64,000 bases of DNA from Macrostomum lignano (Eukaryota). Positions 22,288 to 36,400 of this stretch are shown piece by piece. Position numbers and translations under genes: made by a program. Under the pieces are notes generated by a model. It saw only the letters and a list, made by a program, of their open reading frames with translations, made no database searches and had not been told where the DNA came from. Positions within the stretch are counted from its first letter, which is position 1. The number at the start of each line of letters is the position of its first letter. Location: positions 992,001 to 1,056,000 of the forward strand of contig NIVC01000070.1 in assembly GCA_002269645.1 (NCBI GenBank), read 5' to 3'.

Positions 22288-24208
22288 ACCAAGACTGCCA
22301 CACACTAAGACCGCCACACTTGGAGAGCTAAGGGAGAAATTTGAATTTATGTTATTAGATGGTGCTAAAGAGGAGATGAGTGGGTAGGAAAGCCAGCAGC
22401 GAGAAAAGAACATATGAGAGAAATAGCAATGCTAGAAGATTGGTAGCTCCCCCTCAATACCAGTAGCCAGTAATAGCTGTGGTGGTCTTGGTGTGTGGCG
22501 GTCTTGGTCATGTGCCACAGGTACACATGTGTTTTGTTGTTCTTTCTTTAAAGTTTGTTCACATCCTTTTGGAGCATTTCTATCAATTAATATATATATA
22601 TTACATTATTTTTACTTGTTACCAAATTAACTATTACCGAAGTGGACTAGGCCTATTACCACTTAGACTAATTCTAAGAAACATTTCTCAGACTTATTCT
22701 AATATTATTAAACTCATAATTTATTAATAGAATAGTCTCGGTGGTAGCTACCAACATTTATAAAGATAGAAGTTAAGCCCTGTTAAAAAACTGAATTTAT
22801 GGCATGCTAATAATAGGCCTATGGGCATAGTTCTAGTTTACTTCGTTATATTCCAACCCCCCTACCCTTGAATAGAGGGCAAAATAATTTAATGCAGTAA
22901 ACTAAAACTATGCCAGCCTATGCCCATTTTGCTAATCAACAATGCATATAGTCAAAGCAACAAGAAGAAAACTTACAGCATTGCGTATGTGAGTCATTTC
23001 AATTTTTTTAGAATTTTCTTATGATAGGCCTAAGACCAATGTAAACTGTTGAACTGCTAGCTGTGCTAGGTGTTAGGCTTATTTGTAACAATGTTAGTAA
23101 TGAGATAATGAGAAATAAAAAAGCCACTACTCTACTTAGATGCGTTTACCTAAAACAAGGGCTGTGAAATAATTGATTTCAACTGCAAATAATTTAAAAT
23201 AGCATTAAACAAACGTGCTGAACCTTATTACCAGTCTATTATCTATGTGACAGGGTAAAAGATAATGACGTACTTCTTTTAAGTCAGATGACTGACTTGA
23301 CTTACGTTAGTTTTAAAAACATTGTAGTTAAATAAGAAAACAACTTAAAAAATTTTTTTGTAAAAATGTAAAGCTTATTGTTCGTAGTACAAAACGCTTC
23401 GTACTAAATTTGTTAAACTTAGTTTAACTTTATAAACCGCGTAAACGTGGTACTATTTTAATTTGTCGAAAAAAATGATAATCGCGCGCGCAATCCTTTC
23501 AAAAGGTCTAATTTATTCGTACAGTTATAGTGCGTAGTGCCTTGCATTGGACCTTGCTCTTGCCTTAACTTCTAGTTAGCCACCTTGTTTGTATCAGGCC
23601 TGTAGCTGTAGATTTGGTTACATGCTGACTAGTTATATGCCTAACTGTATAACATGGTTAGAAATTAGAACTCAAATGTTTACTTTTAATTGTCCTTTAG
23701 TTTAGTTTAGTATCAAGTTCACTTCTAGGCCTAGATTATAGATGCCAATATAATTCAAAGCCAAATGCCATTTTGTGCAGTGTCACTTGCCCAGAATTTT
23801 CTGGCGTGCATTATGTGCATTTAGATTTGGTGTGAATTCCAAGAGGCACTCAACATGACCAGAGTAGTAGGCTTACTGCACATGCCATGATGGTCACGAG
23901 GAGTCCAAGGACTAGATGCTATGCGCTAGAAAGATAGGCCTAGCCACATATTTTGTTGGTTTACTAGCAATTCTAGTACCCCCCCTTTGGGGCACAAAGC
24001 CACAAAATAAGCAAGGAGCAAAATTATTCATGGAAAAAATTAAAAAAATGGCAGTTGTTATTTGTCTGGTGACCGGACGAATAGCCTTTTTACTATTTGT
24101 CCAATTAAATTGCTAACTGATGAATATTCTAGATTTTTAAAACCTTTTCACGAATCACGTATACTGATTAATATTTTGTTGTATACTAGTACACACTGTG
24201 TATTAGGG

Positions 24209-26353
24209 GGTACCTGGTAAAATGCGGAATCCGCAACGGAATCGGAATGGAATAGTATGGTAAAACGCGGAATCCGCAACAGAATGGTAAACTGCGGAAT
24301 GAAGTGCGGATTCCGCATATTAAAGTAAAACGCGGAATGCAAAAATGAAAAAAGTAAAATGCGGAATGAAAACTAACTGAATTATACTTTTATTCATCAA
24401 CATCAACATGTACTAAAGACTACAAATAGCTATCTAGCTACATGTATATATAGCTTAATTTATTTAGAAGCTGATTTTTAGTAGTGTCAAATAAATTTTC
24501 TATCATCGGAATGTATATTAACAATATATTGTGCAGTTTTCGGAAATAAGTATACGCTAAAAATACAGAAATAAATTTCTTTGCAAGAAATGTTTAAATA
24601 TTCCATTTGCCTATCTTGCAAATGCATTCGAAAGTGTTACCATGATGCTCACTTGCGCTAGGCTTCCGCGCCAGTTTATCACAATATATCATGATATTAA
24701 AAAGTGCTTATGCATGGACCTGGCCTGATTTCCAAGTGCCAAAATGTGCTACAAGAAAACCTAACGTACAAGCAAAACCCTTTCCTGGACATCCTTTTTG
24801 ATGCGACCAACTATTAACAGCTAATTTTCTAAATGTACTGTTTGATTGAATCTATGCATTAACTTTTCTGTGGACAAAGCCCACGAGATTAAGTTCCAAA
24901 GAGGGTTTACAGGCGACAACAACCCGCTTTACGGGTATGCAGGTAGAGCCTCTATGTGACTATGACCCGAAACAACAGCCCAGCAGTTGATTTGTGTCCT
25001 TAGAAGTAAGCACTATTTGCAGGCATAGATTAATAAAGTTAACAAAAAGGTTGCGATAAAACAATGCCCATTTTTGTAATAGTTACTCCGGAACCCAATG
25101 TGCAACTATAAATATAAACGTATGCCCAGATTGATAATTTCCATACTATGACTTGACTCGCGATTCAAACACTGCATCAACATTACAATTCGGGGAGTCG
25201 AATTTCTTGGGTTTGTCCTCCAGTGGAGGAGTTCCACTCGTTATACCTAACTTTCTATTGCCTAGAGAAGTCACTATATATGATTTATCTGATTCATACC
25301 CCCAAGCAGTGGTTAATTCGATAGAATAGAATGAAGGGATTGTTATACAAGTGAGAAATCAAATAATTTTATACATTTTCTTATATTTACTAGCAAAATA
25401 GAGCCCCAATAATAAATAATCAAGCACTTATTCGTTAGCGATTCGCTGTCCCGTTGCTGGCGAAAAGTCGCTGGCGAAACTTCGCTAATGTTCCGCTGAC
25501 GATTCGCCAATGCGACCGAGGTGGAAAAACTATGTTTTATGCTGCAGGAAGAAAAGTTCCAGACAAACACAGCTTTTTGAAACGTTCTATATGGGAAATG
25601 AAGAAAAAAAATGTTGCCGCTACTTCGCTGTCTCGCTGACAATTCGCTTGCGATTCGCCGGCGATTTTCCCAGAGGGTACTGACCTTCCATACTGATCTG
25701 ACTGATCTGACTTTCCATGCTTCCTTGTACTATTTATTGCCTTTCTTGACACTAAAAACGTAAAAGTGTCTTGCAAATCGTAATTTTAGCTTCGCTAAAA
25801 TCTATCTTGTCCTAAAGTTTCGGATATAATTTTTTTTAGAAATGCACATTTAATGCTACGATTTTTTTTGACAGCAATAGGATGTAGGATGACTTCTCGC
25901 CACATGTCAGCGGGCACTTTTGAAATACATTAAATATAAAAATTGTACGTAGTATGCACTTTTGCTTCCAGAGTATGAATTTACCTTAAATAAGTTGCCA
26001 AAGCTTTATTTTCATTCCGAAAATTACTGTATCTTAACCATTCTGCTTAGGATTTTGCTAAGGGAAGATCAACAGATTTGATTTGAGTGTCATAGTGACA
26101 ATGAAAAACAATTTGTTCAGCAAAAATGTACATAAATTTCAGATGTTTTTTTAAATATAAGGTGATGAATAAAAGTATAATTCAGTTAGTTTTCATTCCG
26201 CATTTTACTTTTTTCATTTTCACATTCCGCCTTTTACTTTAATATGCGGAATCCGCACTTCGTTCCGCAGTTTACCATTCCGCTGCGGATTCCGCGTTTT
26301 ACCGTACTATTCCATTCCGATTCCATTGCGGATTCCGCATTTTACCGGGTACC
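24209..26353. mobile_element. Non-autonomous DNA transposon with 191-bp TIRs (MULE/Mutator-like)
   Basis: 24209-24399 is the reverse complement of 26163-26353 (GGTACC(T/C)GGTAAAATGCGGAATCCGCA...); 9-bp TSD gtattaggg / atattaggg with one mismatch; no long internal ORF. Confidence 0.85.
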
Positions 26354-26767
26354 ATATTAGGGGGCCTAGGCCAACTATATGTATAAGAAAAGCAGTGTAT
26401 TCAATTCGGCATAATTTGGTGTATAAGACAAACACTAGTATAACAACATAATAATCAAGATACAAGTAAGAAGTCTTTGAAGTCTAGGATCATTGTTGTA
26501 GTTTCTATAAAGTAGATATTTTAGCATTTTCAATTTAACCAGTCAAATAATAAAAAGCCTATTTGTCTAGTATTAACCAGATGAATGGGAAAGCATGGCC
26601 ATTATCCAGTAACCGGACAAATAACCAAATCGCTATTCGTCTAGTCACTGGACAAATAACAACTACCAAAAAAACACTTTTTCTTTTTTAAGCACATTTC
26701 CTTCTTCAGTTTTTTAAATCACCTACCTTATTCAAGTATAGTTGTTATAGACAAATATTTTTGCTAT

Positions 26768-29700
26768 TAATCTCTTCTATCTATCTTCTACCTATACTAA
26801 ATCTCTAAGATCTGTTTGTTTGTAATGCTCTACAGACTGCATTTCTTGACCAATTTTGATTGCATTTTTGCCAAAAGATTCAAAATTGTCTGGAAAGAAG
26901 ACAGTTAAAATTTCTTTAATCTGCTTCAATGCTAAAGGGATTAAATATTCGAAAAACAATTTTAAATGGGCGAATTCAATGTATTTTTTATCAAATTGCT
27001 CGCAGCAAGAGAATTCATAGGCCTAGCCAATTTTAATGATTGCACCAGAGCAACTGATAAGAAAACTCATTGGGCCCCACTGGCGAGATAACAACTCTAT
27101 TTAAATTGTGCAACCATTAAATGGCTGAATATAAAAAAAGTACTCAATGCTAGCAGACAGCTCTAATTAGCTATCGCTCTACAGACTGCAATTCTTGACC
27201 AATTTTGATCGCGTTTTCGCCGAGAGATTTATAGTTATCTGGAAAAAAGACAGTTAGAATTTCTTTAATCTGCTTCAATGTTGAAGGCATTAAATATTCG
27301 AAAATCAAGTTTTCCCTATGCTTTTAATGGAAGGCCAAGCAAGGTTGAATTCTTGACTGGTTGAATTCCAAATCTAATTTTGATTGCGCCACAACTGTGT
27401 ACTGCATATTCTCGCTATAAACTGACTCTGAGCTTTTTAGGTGTAGGCAGTATACCAAGCTTGCACCTAAAATAATGCTCAGTGGCTGCGTGTGTACATT
27501 CTTCTAACCCTGGCTGAATGGCGGACTGCATAGAAAATTGCTATTTATAGATTTCTCTTAACTGTGCATAGGCTCTGCTAGCACCAAACCTGTGCACAAT
27601 GAGCAGCCTATCACTGCTATGTATTTGACTGCAGAATAGCCGCAGTGTAGACACTAGGAAAGGTTTAGGCTAGGCGTAAGATCCAAGGTTTGAGTCTGCC
27701 TCTCCTGCCAATAAATAAAATTAAATAAATTAGTTCATTTAAAGCTTGCGCCTTAACTAATTGAATCATTTTTTATTAATTAGTAAGCCACACTCAATAA
27801 ATGATTTTTGCTATTCAGCACAAGTTGCTAAACAAACTTGATTTTGTCAATTTGAATTTGATTTGATTTCAGCCAGTGCATTTTAAAATTTGATTTGTAA
27901 AAAAAACTGCTTCGTGTATTATTGCTCCCAAATTGCAGACAATGCTGCTAAATAGCTAAACAGCTGAAGGTACTGCTAAATGCTTAGCTGCGCAAAAGAC
28001 TGCCGATATGTATCAAAAATTGATTAGTGAGCCATACTAAATGCTGAGCAAATTATCAGATTACTGAAAGAATCATTGCTGAGGTATTCCTCCAGACTTA
28101 TGAGTGTATAGCAGAGCAAGTTGTTGAGAGAATATGAGTAACTGCAGACTGCTAAGTGAATTATTGTAGTTTGCCTATGTTAATGAAAGTTGTAGGCAGC
28201 AAAGTGGATACTCGTACCTGCAGGCTGCTAAGAGTATGACTATAGTCTGTTTGCAAGATTAGAAGTGATAGCTAATTTCAGGTTGTTGTGGGGATAACTG
28301 CCAATTTCTGGGGGGGGGGGGGTTAACTTCAAAGTGCGAAGTTACTAAACTTCTAGAATAGTATAAGGCTTTTAGTAGAAGGTCGGCAGTTCGAGTCTAC
28401 ATTGAAGTAACAAATTTATCTTTGTGACAATAATCATTGTTTCCTACGGGGATTCATGCAAATTTTTAACATTTTTTTGTATATACTTTTGCTGGGGCTA
28501 CGCTAAGCTTCAAGAGCAGCGCTTATCTGCTGTAAGTGCTAATTTGTAAAGGGTTATTGCTAATCTGGGTGAGCAGCGCTAATCGGGGAGAGCAGTGCTA
28601 ATCTGACGCATATAATAAAATAATAAATATGTAAGGGAATTAAATTGAACCTGCAAGTTGCAAAAAAATTTCAAATGGTTTCGATTATCCAGAAGCAATA
28701 TAGCCATAAGCAAAGATGAGTGCAATGTGCAATTAACAGTGCTGGTGAACAGTTACTAAACTACTGGTGAAGCATTTCTAAACTGCTGGTAAAGCATTGC
28801 TAAACTGCAGGTGAACCATTGCTAAACTGCAGAAAGCTAAAGTGAAATATTGTATTTTTTATTAATAACTTTTTTTAAAGAGAAGAAAACGCAAAGGCAA
28901 GAAAAAACGAACAAGAATCATCATGTCAATCATAAAAGAAGCGCCCTGTCAAAATTAAAAGTCTCATTGGGAATTTCTAAGACTGTTAAGACTGTTAAGA
29001 CTATTGCTACAAGCATAATGCTGGTATGGCAAATTGCTATGATATATCAATACTCATGGGCAGATTTATAAGATCTCAAGGTACAAGGGGAATTGCTATA
29101 ATTGTCATTCTGGGGAGAATTGCTTTGATTTCAAGGTTCATTTGTGAAATTGTTGAAATGCAAGTGCCAAGATATCAAAAGGTTAGTCACTCAATTTTCA
29201 GGCTCATGGGCAAATTGCTAACATTTCCAAAGCTCATTGGGGAATTGCTAAAATTAGGCTGCAGGTTAAGGGTTAGGCTTAGGAAGGCTTAGGAATTGAG
29301 ATGTTCAATTATAGAGCAATAGTTGTGTCAATCATTAATGATCCATCAAGGAATTGCTAAGATTAAATGCTCTTAGGGCGAATTACTTAAACGCTTTGGC
29401 TCTATGGGGAATTACTGACAGGTCAAGGCTTTCGGTGAAATTTAGATTTAAAAGCTTATGAGAAAGTTACTTTAATGTTGAGGCTCAAGGCTCATTGTCA
29501 AAATTGCTAACACGCCAAGATTTTCTTATGGGTTAGGGTTAGAGGCTTAGGGTCAGTTTTGGTTCAATCATAGATTAATCGTTGTCAACCATCAATTAAA
29601 GACTTGCTAAGATATCTAAGCTCATCGGGGAATAGCTGAATTATCAAGGCTTATAAGGGGATTGCTGAGTTATCAAGGCTTATAAGGGGATTGCTGAATT

Positions 29701-30020
29701 CTTGGGAGAGGGGAGTTGGGTTGTTAGGATGTCAAGGCTAATTACTGCGCTGGGAGAATTGCATAGATGTCAAGGCTGGAGTTTAATTGCTGCAATATTG
29801 AGGCTTAATGGGGTTATTCCTGAGATGTCAAGGCTTACTGGGGAAATGCTGAGATCTCAAGACTTACTGGGAGAATTTTTGAGATCTCAGAGCTTATAGG
29901 GGGAATTGCTGAGATCTCAAGACTTACTGGGGAAATTGCTGAGATGTCAAGGCTTACAGGGGGAATTGCTAAGATGTCAAGGCTTACTGGGGAAATTGCT
30001 GAGATGTCAAGGCTTACAGG
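26768..30020 (+). mobile_element. Helitron-like non-autonomous element A (5' head, 3'-truncated)
   Basis: Head TCTCTTCTATCTATCTTCTACCTATACTAAATCTCTAAGATCTGTTTGTTTG; colinear inverted homology to 33850-38258 along its length; contains a tRNA-like segment and a 30-bp array. Boundaries are approximate. Confidence 0.65.
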
Positions 30021-30290
30021 GGCAATTCCCCAATAAGCCTTGAGATCTCAAAATAATAAATATGTAAGGGAAGCCTTGACATCTCAGTAATTCCCCCAGT
30101 TAGCCTTGGCATATTAGCAATTCCCCCAGTAAGCCTTGAGATCTCAGCAATTCCCCCCATAAGCTCTAAGATCTCAAAAATTCTCCTAGTAAGTCTTGAG
30201 ATCTCAGCATTTCCCCAGTAAGCCTTGATATCCAAGTAAGCCTTTAGATCTCAGCAATTCTCTCAGTAAGCCTTGACATCTCAGAAATCT
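29590..30290. repeat. 30-31-bp array (gagatgtcaaggcttactggggaaattgct) that reverses orientation at about 30020
   Basis: Forward copies up to 30020 and reverse-complement copies afterwards; same family as 33850-34600. Confidence 0.85.
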
Positions 30291-31359
30291 CAAATCATCT
30301 CCATAAAATAGAAATCTATCAAAATTCTCTCCACAAAACAGAAATCCTCTCCATGAAACTGGACTCAATCAAATTTTTCTCCATAAAAAAGAACTAAACT
30401 CTCAGGATTCAGTGGTTAGGGTTAGAACTGCACAGAGCTGCCTACCTATTAAAAAGGTGCCGATAATAGAAATTGAACTAATTGAAGCAATAGATTGTGC
30501 AATTGATTTCTCAGTTAGCTAGTATCAGTCTCAGGTAAAGTTAACAATATGGTTGCGCAACATAAATCAACCCTCCAATACACAGCAGCATTTAGAAGTT
30601 GAACCCGCACAACTTTATCTATTATGTATCACAAATATGAGTACAATATTTTCAAATAGTTAAAAGTATGTTATCATTTTTTCAATGCTATATTTTCCTT
30701 TTCATATTTAAAGCAAACAACTTATATCCACAAACTCAGCATTGCAAGATCTTTCTAGCAATATTAGTCTCTTCTCTTATAAAGTTAAACACTCAAAAAG
30801 CAGTGTGCATTTGAAATTTCCTAATTAAAAGCAGATAGATAGAGAAATATTGAAGTAAGTGTATATTTACTGCCAGTAGGAAGCTCGCAAGTTAGATCAT
30901 TGAATTTCACTTCAGCCCTAACACCCCCAACATAGGGGGTTATATTTATATTGAATGCAGCACACTTGTCTCACACCCCCTCCAATACACACCCACAGTA
31001 GGAAATTGATAGCCATCTCCTCTCTAACCTTTTTTAAACAGGCTGGCACTGGCACCCCCCCTTGCTAGAGAGAGAATGTATTGCAGAGATAGGAAAAAGT
31101 TGTGGCGCAATCAATTAAAATTGATGCATTTTTCCAACTCTAAGCAGAAAGAGGGGACAAATAAGATTATCAAAGGTCAGAATTGCCATTTTCTGCATTT
31201 TTAGAGATCTTAACTAGCAATCTTCGCCCCCTATTTGGGGACATCTGGATACAATCTCTGTTCTCTACAAGTAACAAAAAGACAGCCAAATAAAGCCTTC
31301 ATAAAGACAACAGATAAACTGCTCAAATAAAGTGTAATGCAAAACGAAATCATCTCAAG

Positions 31360-31570
31360 ACAGCAAGCATCCCCCAGATTACAAGCATCCCCCAGATAGC
31401 AAGCATCCCCCAAATAGCAAGCATCCCCCAGATAGTTAGCATCCACCAGATAGGAAGCATCCCCCTCCTGGATAGCAAGAATTCCCCAGATAGCAAGCAT
31501 CCCCCAAATAGCAAGCATCCCCCAGATAGCTAGCATCCACCAGATAGGAAGCATCCCCCCTCCCGGATAG
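31360..31570. repeat. 18-bp array atagcaagcatcccccag
   Basis: Direct. Confidence 0.85.
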
Positions 31571-31574
31571 CTCT

Positions 31575-32850
31575 TTGACATGGTGGCTCTTTTATGTTCT
31601 ACATGGTGGCTCTTTTATGTTCTACATGGTGGCTCTTTTATGTTTAATTTGGGGGTTTTTTATGTCTGACATGGTGTCTCTTTAATGTTTGACATGGTGG
31701 CTCTATAATGTTAGACATGGTGGCTCTTTAATTTTTGACATGGTGGCTCTTTAATGTTTCACATTGTGGCTCTTTAATGTTTGACATGTTGGCTCTTTTA
31801 TGTTTGACATGGTGGCTCTTTTATGTTTGACATGTTGGCTCTTTTATGTTTGACATGTTGGCTCTTTAATGTTAGACATGGTGGCTCTTTTATGATTGAC
31901 ATGGAGTCACGAATATACTTGACATGGTGGCTCTTTAATGTTCGACATGGTGGCTCTATAATGTTAGACATGGTGGCTCTTTAATTTTTGACATGGTGGC
32001 TCTTTAATGTTCGACATGGTGGTCCTTTTATGCTTGACATGGTGGCTCTTTAATGTTTGACATGTTGGTCCTTTTATGTTTTACATGGTGGCTCTTTAAT
32101 GTTAGACATGGTAGCTCTTTTATGTTTGACATGATGGCTTTTTATGTTCTACATGGTGGCTTTTTATTTTCAACATGGTGGCTCTTTAATGTTCGGCATG
32201 ATGGCTCTTTGATGTTTGACATGGAGTCACGAATATACTTGACATGGTGACTCGTTAATGTTAGACATGGTGGCTCTTTAATGTTTGACCTGGTGGCACC
32301 TTAATGTCTGTAATGATGGCTCTTTAATTTTTGACATGGTGGCTCTTTAATGTTCGACATGGTGGTCCTTTTATGCTTGACATGGTGGCTCTTTAATGTT
32401 TGACATGTTGGTCCTTTTATGTTTTACATGGTGGCTCTTTAATGTTAGACATGGTGGCTCTTTTATGTTTGACATGATGGCTTTTTATGTTCTACATGGT
32501 GGCTTTTTATTTTCAACATGGTGGCTCTTTAATGTTCGGCATGATGGCTCTTTGATGTTTGACATGGAGTCACGAATATACTTGATATGGTGACTCGTTA
32601 ATGTTAGACATGGTGGCTCTTTAATGTTTGACCTGGTGGCACCTTAATGTCTATAATGATGGCTCTTTAATGTTTGAAATGGTGGCTCTTTAATATTTGA
32701 CATGGTGGCTCTTTAATGTTTGACATTGTGGCTCATAAATGTTAGACATGGTGGCTCTATAATGTTCTTCATGGTGGCTCTTTAACGTTAGACATGGTGG
32801 CTCTTTTATGTTCGACATGGTGGCTCTTTAATGTTTGACATTGTGCTTTT
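31575..32850. repeat. 23-bp minisatellite gtttgacatggtggctctttaat with a 343-bp higher-order duplication
   Basis: Direct; the ORFs at 32053 and 32396 are near-identical. Confidence 0.95.
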
Positions 32851-33447
32851 TTGTGTTTAGCATTTTGTGTTTTTAAGGTTTTTGAATAAAAAAATCTTTT
32901 TGCACTACTAAGATTCGAACCCAGGTTGCTGCATTAGCAGTCCAGTCTGTTCGCATCTATGCTATCTCTTGTCAATTGGAGAACATGAATTGTGACACTT
33001 ATAATTAAATTCTTATAGCAAATCGGTTAGAGTAAAAAGTTATGACATAATCAATTTCTCAGTCAGCCAGTATCAGTGTCAATTTAAGTTAGCAATATTG
33101 TTATGCAATTTAAATCAAGTTTTGTGTGCATTTCTTCGGCACTGTTTTCAACTGGTTGTGATGCAATCTTTATCACAATCGGAATTCAGTCAGTCAGTTT
33201 TTTCTCTAGCATTCTTACAATGCATTTCAGGTCGAAAGAGCTGCTTGACCTTTGCAAAAAAGCATGTTTTTCGAATAATTAAACCCTTTAATATTGAGCA
33301 ATTTCTTAGCCAAGATGCATGTACCGTCCCAGGAAAATTTCTGATCGAATGGTGCAAGTTTGAAGAAAATTGGTTGAGCCGTTTTTTCTGAAATCTATCG
33401 CATAGCTAGATAGATAGATACAGACAACTCATTTTTAGTATATGGGA

Positions 33448-36400
33448 CTAGCCATTTAGCCCCCCGCTGGGGGGCCTTAAAAATGAAACCGAATTGCCAT
33501 GAATCAAAACTTTCATCAGCCCAAAACCCTATCACAATTAGCAAATAGTGCTTTTAAGCACAAACTCTTAGTGCGTATTGTCACTGGCCGGTGCATATTC
33601 TGGTCTGCAGCAGGAGCTCAATATGCCAATTCCTTACGACCTTAGACCCCTCTTTATTAGCCTAACTCAAAGAACCAAACCTTTATTAAATACACTGGTA
33701 TTTCCTATTAGCAGAAATCAGCATCACTTGTGTGTACTATTTCAATATTTAATAAATTAAATGAGCTACCTGAGCCGTACTACTTGACAATCTGACAATC
33801 GCTCAACAATCTAACTCCCTCCCCTTAACAATTCAGCCATCCTCCATGAGCTTTGATATCTCAGCAATTCCCTCAGGAAACCTTGAACTCTCAGCAGTTT
33901 CCTGAATAAGCCTCGACATTGCAGCAATTATACTTTAGCCTTGAAATCTTCGCAATTCTCCCAGCCCAGTAAGCCTTGACATCCCAACAACCCAACTCCC
34001 CTCCCCCCAAAAATTCCGCCACCCCCCATGAGCCTTGATATCTCAACAATTCCTATAGAAGGCCTTGACATCTCAGAAATTCCCTCAGTAAGCATCCAAA
34101 TCGCAGCAATTAAACTCAAGCCTTGACAGCTGTGCAATTCTTCCAGCTCAGAAAGCCTTGACATATCAACAATTCCCCCAGTAAGCCTTGGCATCTCAGC
34201 CATTCCCCCAGTAAGCAACATCTCAGAAATTCCCTCAGTAAGCATCAACAGCAAGCCCAGTAAGCCTTTGCATCTCAAGATTTCCTCAATAAGCCTCAAA
34301 ATCTCAGCAATTCCCCCAGTAAGCCTTGTCATCTCAGAAATTTCCTCATTAAGCCTCAACATCTCAGCAATTCCCCCAGTAAGCCTTGACATCTCAGAAA
34401 TTTTCTCAGTATGCCTTGGCATCTCAGTGATTCCCCAGTAAGCCTTGGCAGCTTCTCAGAAATTTCCTCAGTAAACCTTAACATCTCAGCGATTTCCCCA
34501 GTAAGCCTTGGCGTTTCAGCAATTCCCCCAGTAGGCCTTGGCATCTCAGATATTTCCCCAGTAAGCCTTGACATCTCATCATAAGCCTCATAAGCCTCAT
34601 AAGCCTTGAAATCTATATTTCGCCGAAAGCTTTGACCTGTCAGCAATTCCCCGAAGAGCTAAAGCATTTAAGTAATTCGCCCCAAGAGCCTTTAATCTTA
34701 GCAATTCCACCAGGAATCATTTATGTCTGACAAGACGATTGTTCTATAATTGAACCCAAACCCTAACCATAACCCTAACTTGCAGTCGAGTCACAGCATT
34801 TCAGCCACTCCCTTTCAGCTTAAGAAATTCAGCAATTCCACATGAGTCATGGTTGAAAACTAACCCTAACCCTGCCAAGTCATAGCGTTTCAGCAAGTCC
34901 CACCATAAACCATAGTATTTCAACAATTACCCTTGACAATTCTTGAATTTCAGCTATTCCCTTATGAGTCTTTGACATCTCGGCCAGTCTCATGTGAACC
35001 TTAGTATCTCAGCAATACCCAAAGAGCCAGAGTCTACAGCATTACAGGGAACCCCCTTGAGCATTGACATTTCAGTGATTCCATAATGAGACTTGATACC
35101 TCAGAAATATCTGAGAAACTCTTAATTGGGCCACAAAATTTAGGCAATATCCCCAAGTCTTGCAATCACAGCAATTTTTCCCTAGCCTTGAGTCACAGTA
35201 TAATCCAGATTCCCCCCCATGAGCTTTGGCATTCCCCAATGAAGTCTTTAATGTTTGACAGGCCAATTTCATTTATGGTTTAACCCTTACCTTACCCTAA
35301 CAATCTCGACCATTCCCTAACAGCCAAAGCATTCCAGTAATTATCCCCATGAGCTTTGACAGCAATGCAATTTTCCAATGAGCCTTTATAACTCAGCAAT
35401 TTCACAAATGAAACTTGAAGTCAAAGCAATTCTCCCCAGAATTACATCATTATGGCAATTGCCTCCTAAGCCTTGGATCATAGAAATTCTCCCATGAGTC
35501 CTGACATCAAAGCAATTTCCCATACCAGCCCTGACATCTTAGCAATTCCCATTGAGTCTTTTATGCTCGACAGACCGCTTCTTTTATGGTTGACATGGTG
35601 ATTCTTTTTTCGCTTTTTCTTGCCTTGAGTTTTCTTCTGTTCAAAGTAGAATTTCTTAATAAATTACAGTGTTTCACCATCACTTTAGCAATAGTTCACC
35701 AGCAGTTTAGCAATAATTCACCAGCACTTTCCGCAACATCTGCGAGCAGATGGCCACTTATCTCCATATTTGAACCTAACCCCCATAAATCGGCATTTAT
35801 CCCCACAAAAACTTGAAATTATCCCTGCATCTAATCCGGCAAAAAGACTGCAGTTATTTCTTAGCAGCCGGCATTTATCATCCACTTTGCATTCTACAAC
35901 TTTTATTAAAATTAAGCGTGTATACCCTCAGCAGCATAGAATTGTCCCCGAAGCAAAAAATATTTCACTTAGCCGCCCACAGTAATCCCCTCAACAACTT
36001 GTACTTAATCTTCCATAGTTAATATTCACTCAAAACTCAATAGTTTTTTGTTACCCTCAGAAGTCTGGCATTATCCCTCAATTAGTCGGCAGTTTTCCCT
36101 CTCAGCAGTCTGCAGCTATATGCTCATAAGTCTTGAGGAACAACATCAACAGTTTGCAGTTTTTCCCCTCTGCAGTCTGCAATGATCCCTTAGACAATCT
36201 GCAGTTCCCCTCAGCAGTCTGTAGTCATTCCATTTGCAGTCTACAACTGTTCCATTAACAATTTTCATTCATCCTCTCAGCAGCCTGCAGTTCTCTTGGC
36301 CGGCTCCTCAGTCTCCCCTCTGCAAACTGCAATTTGCTCAGCATTTTACGGCTCACTAATAAATTTTTGATACATATCGGCAGTCTTTCAAAACTCAGCA

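Larger units (their letters stand above)
30025..33447 (-). mobile_element. Helitron-like non-autonomous element C, carrying 18-bp and 23-bp arrays
   Basis: The minus-strand head TCCCATATACTAAAAATGAGTTGTCTGTATCTATCTATC starts at 33447; 33050-33300 is a direct copy of 37830-38045; the low end has the 30-bp unit in minus orientation. Confidence 0.6.

Noticed and set aside
32900-32965. tRNA-like sequence on the minus strand (GGTTCGAATC B box)
   Set aside because: Acceptor and D arms do not pair convincingly; a degenerate SINE or tRNA relic, not a functional tRNA.
29250-34870. Scattered TTAGGG/CCCTAA motifs
   Set aside because: Only 1-3 imperfect copies inside transposon sequence; not a telomere or interstitial telomeric array.
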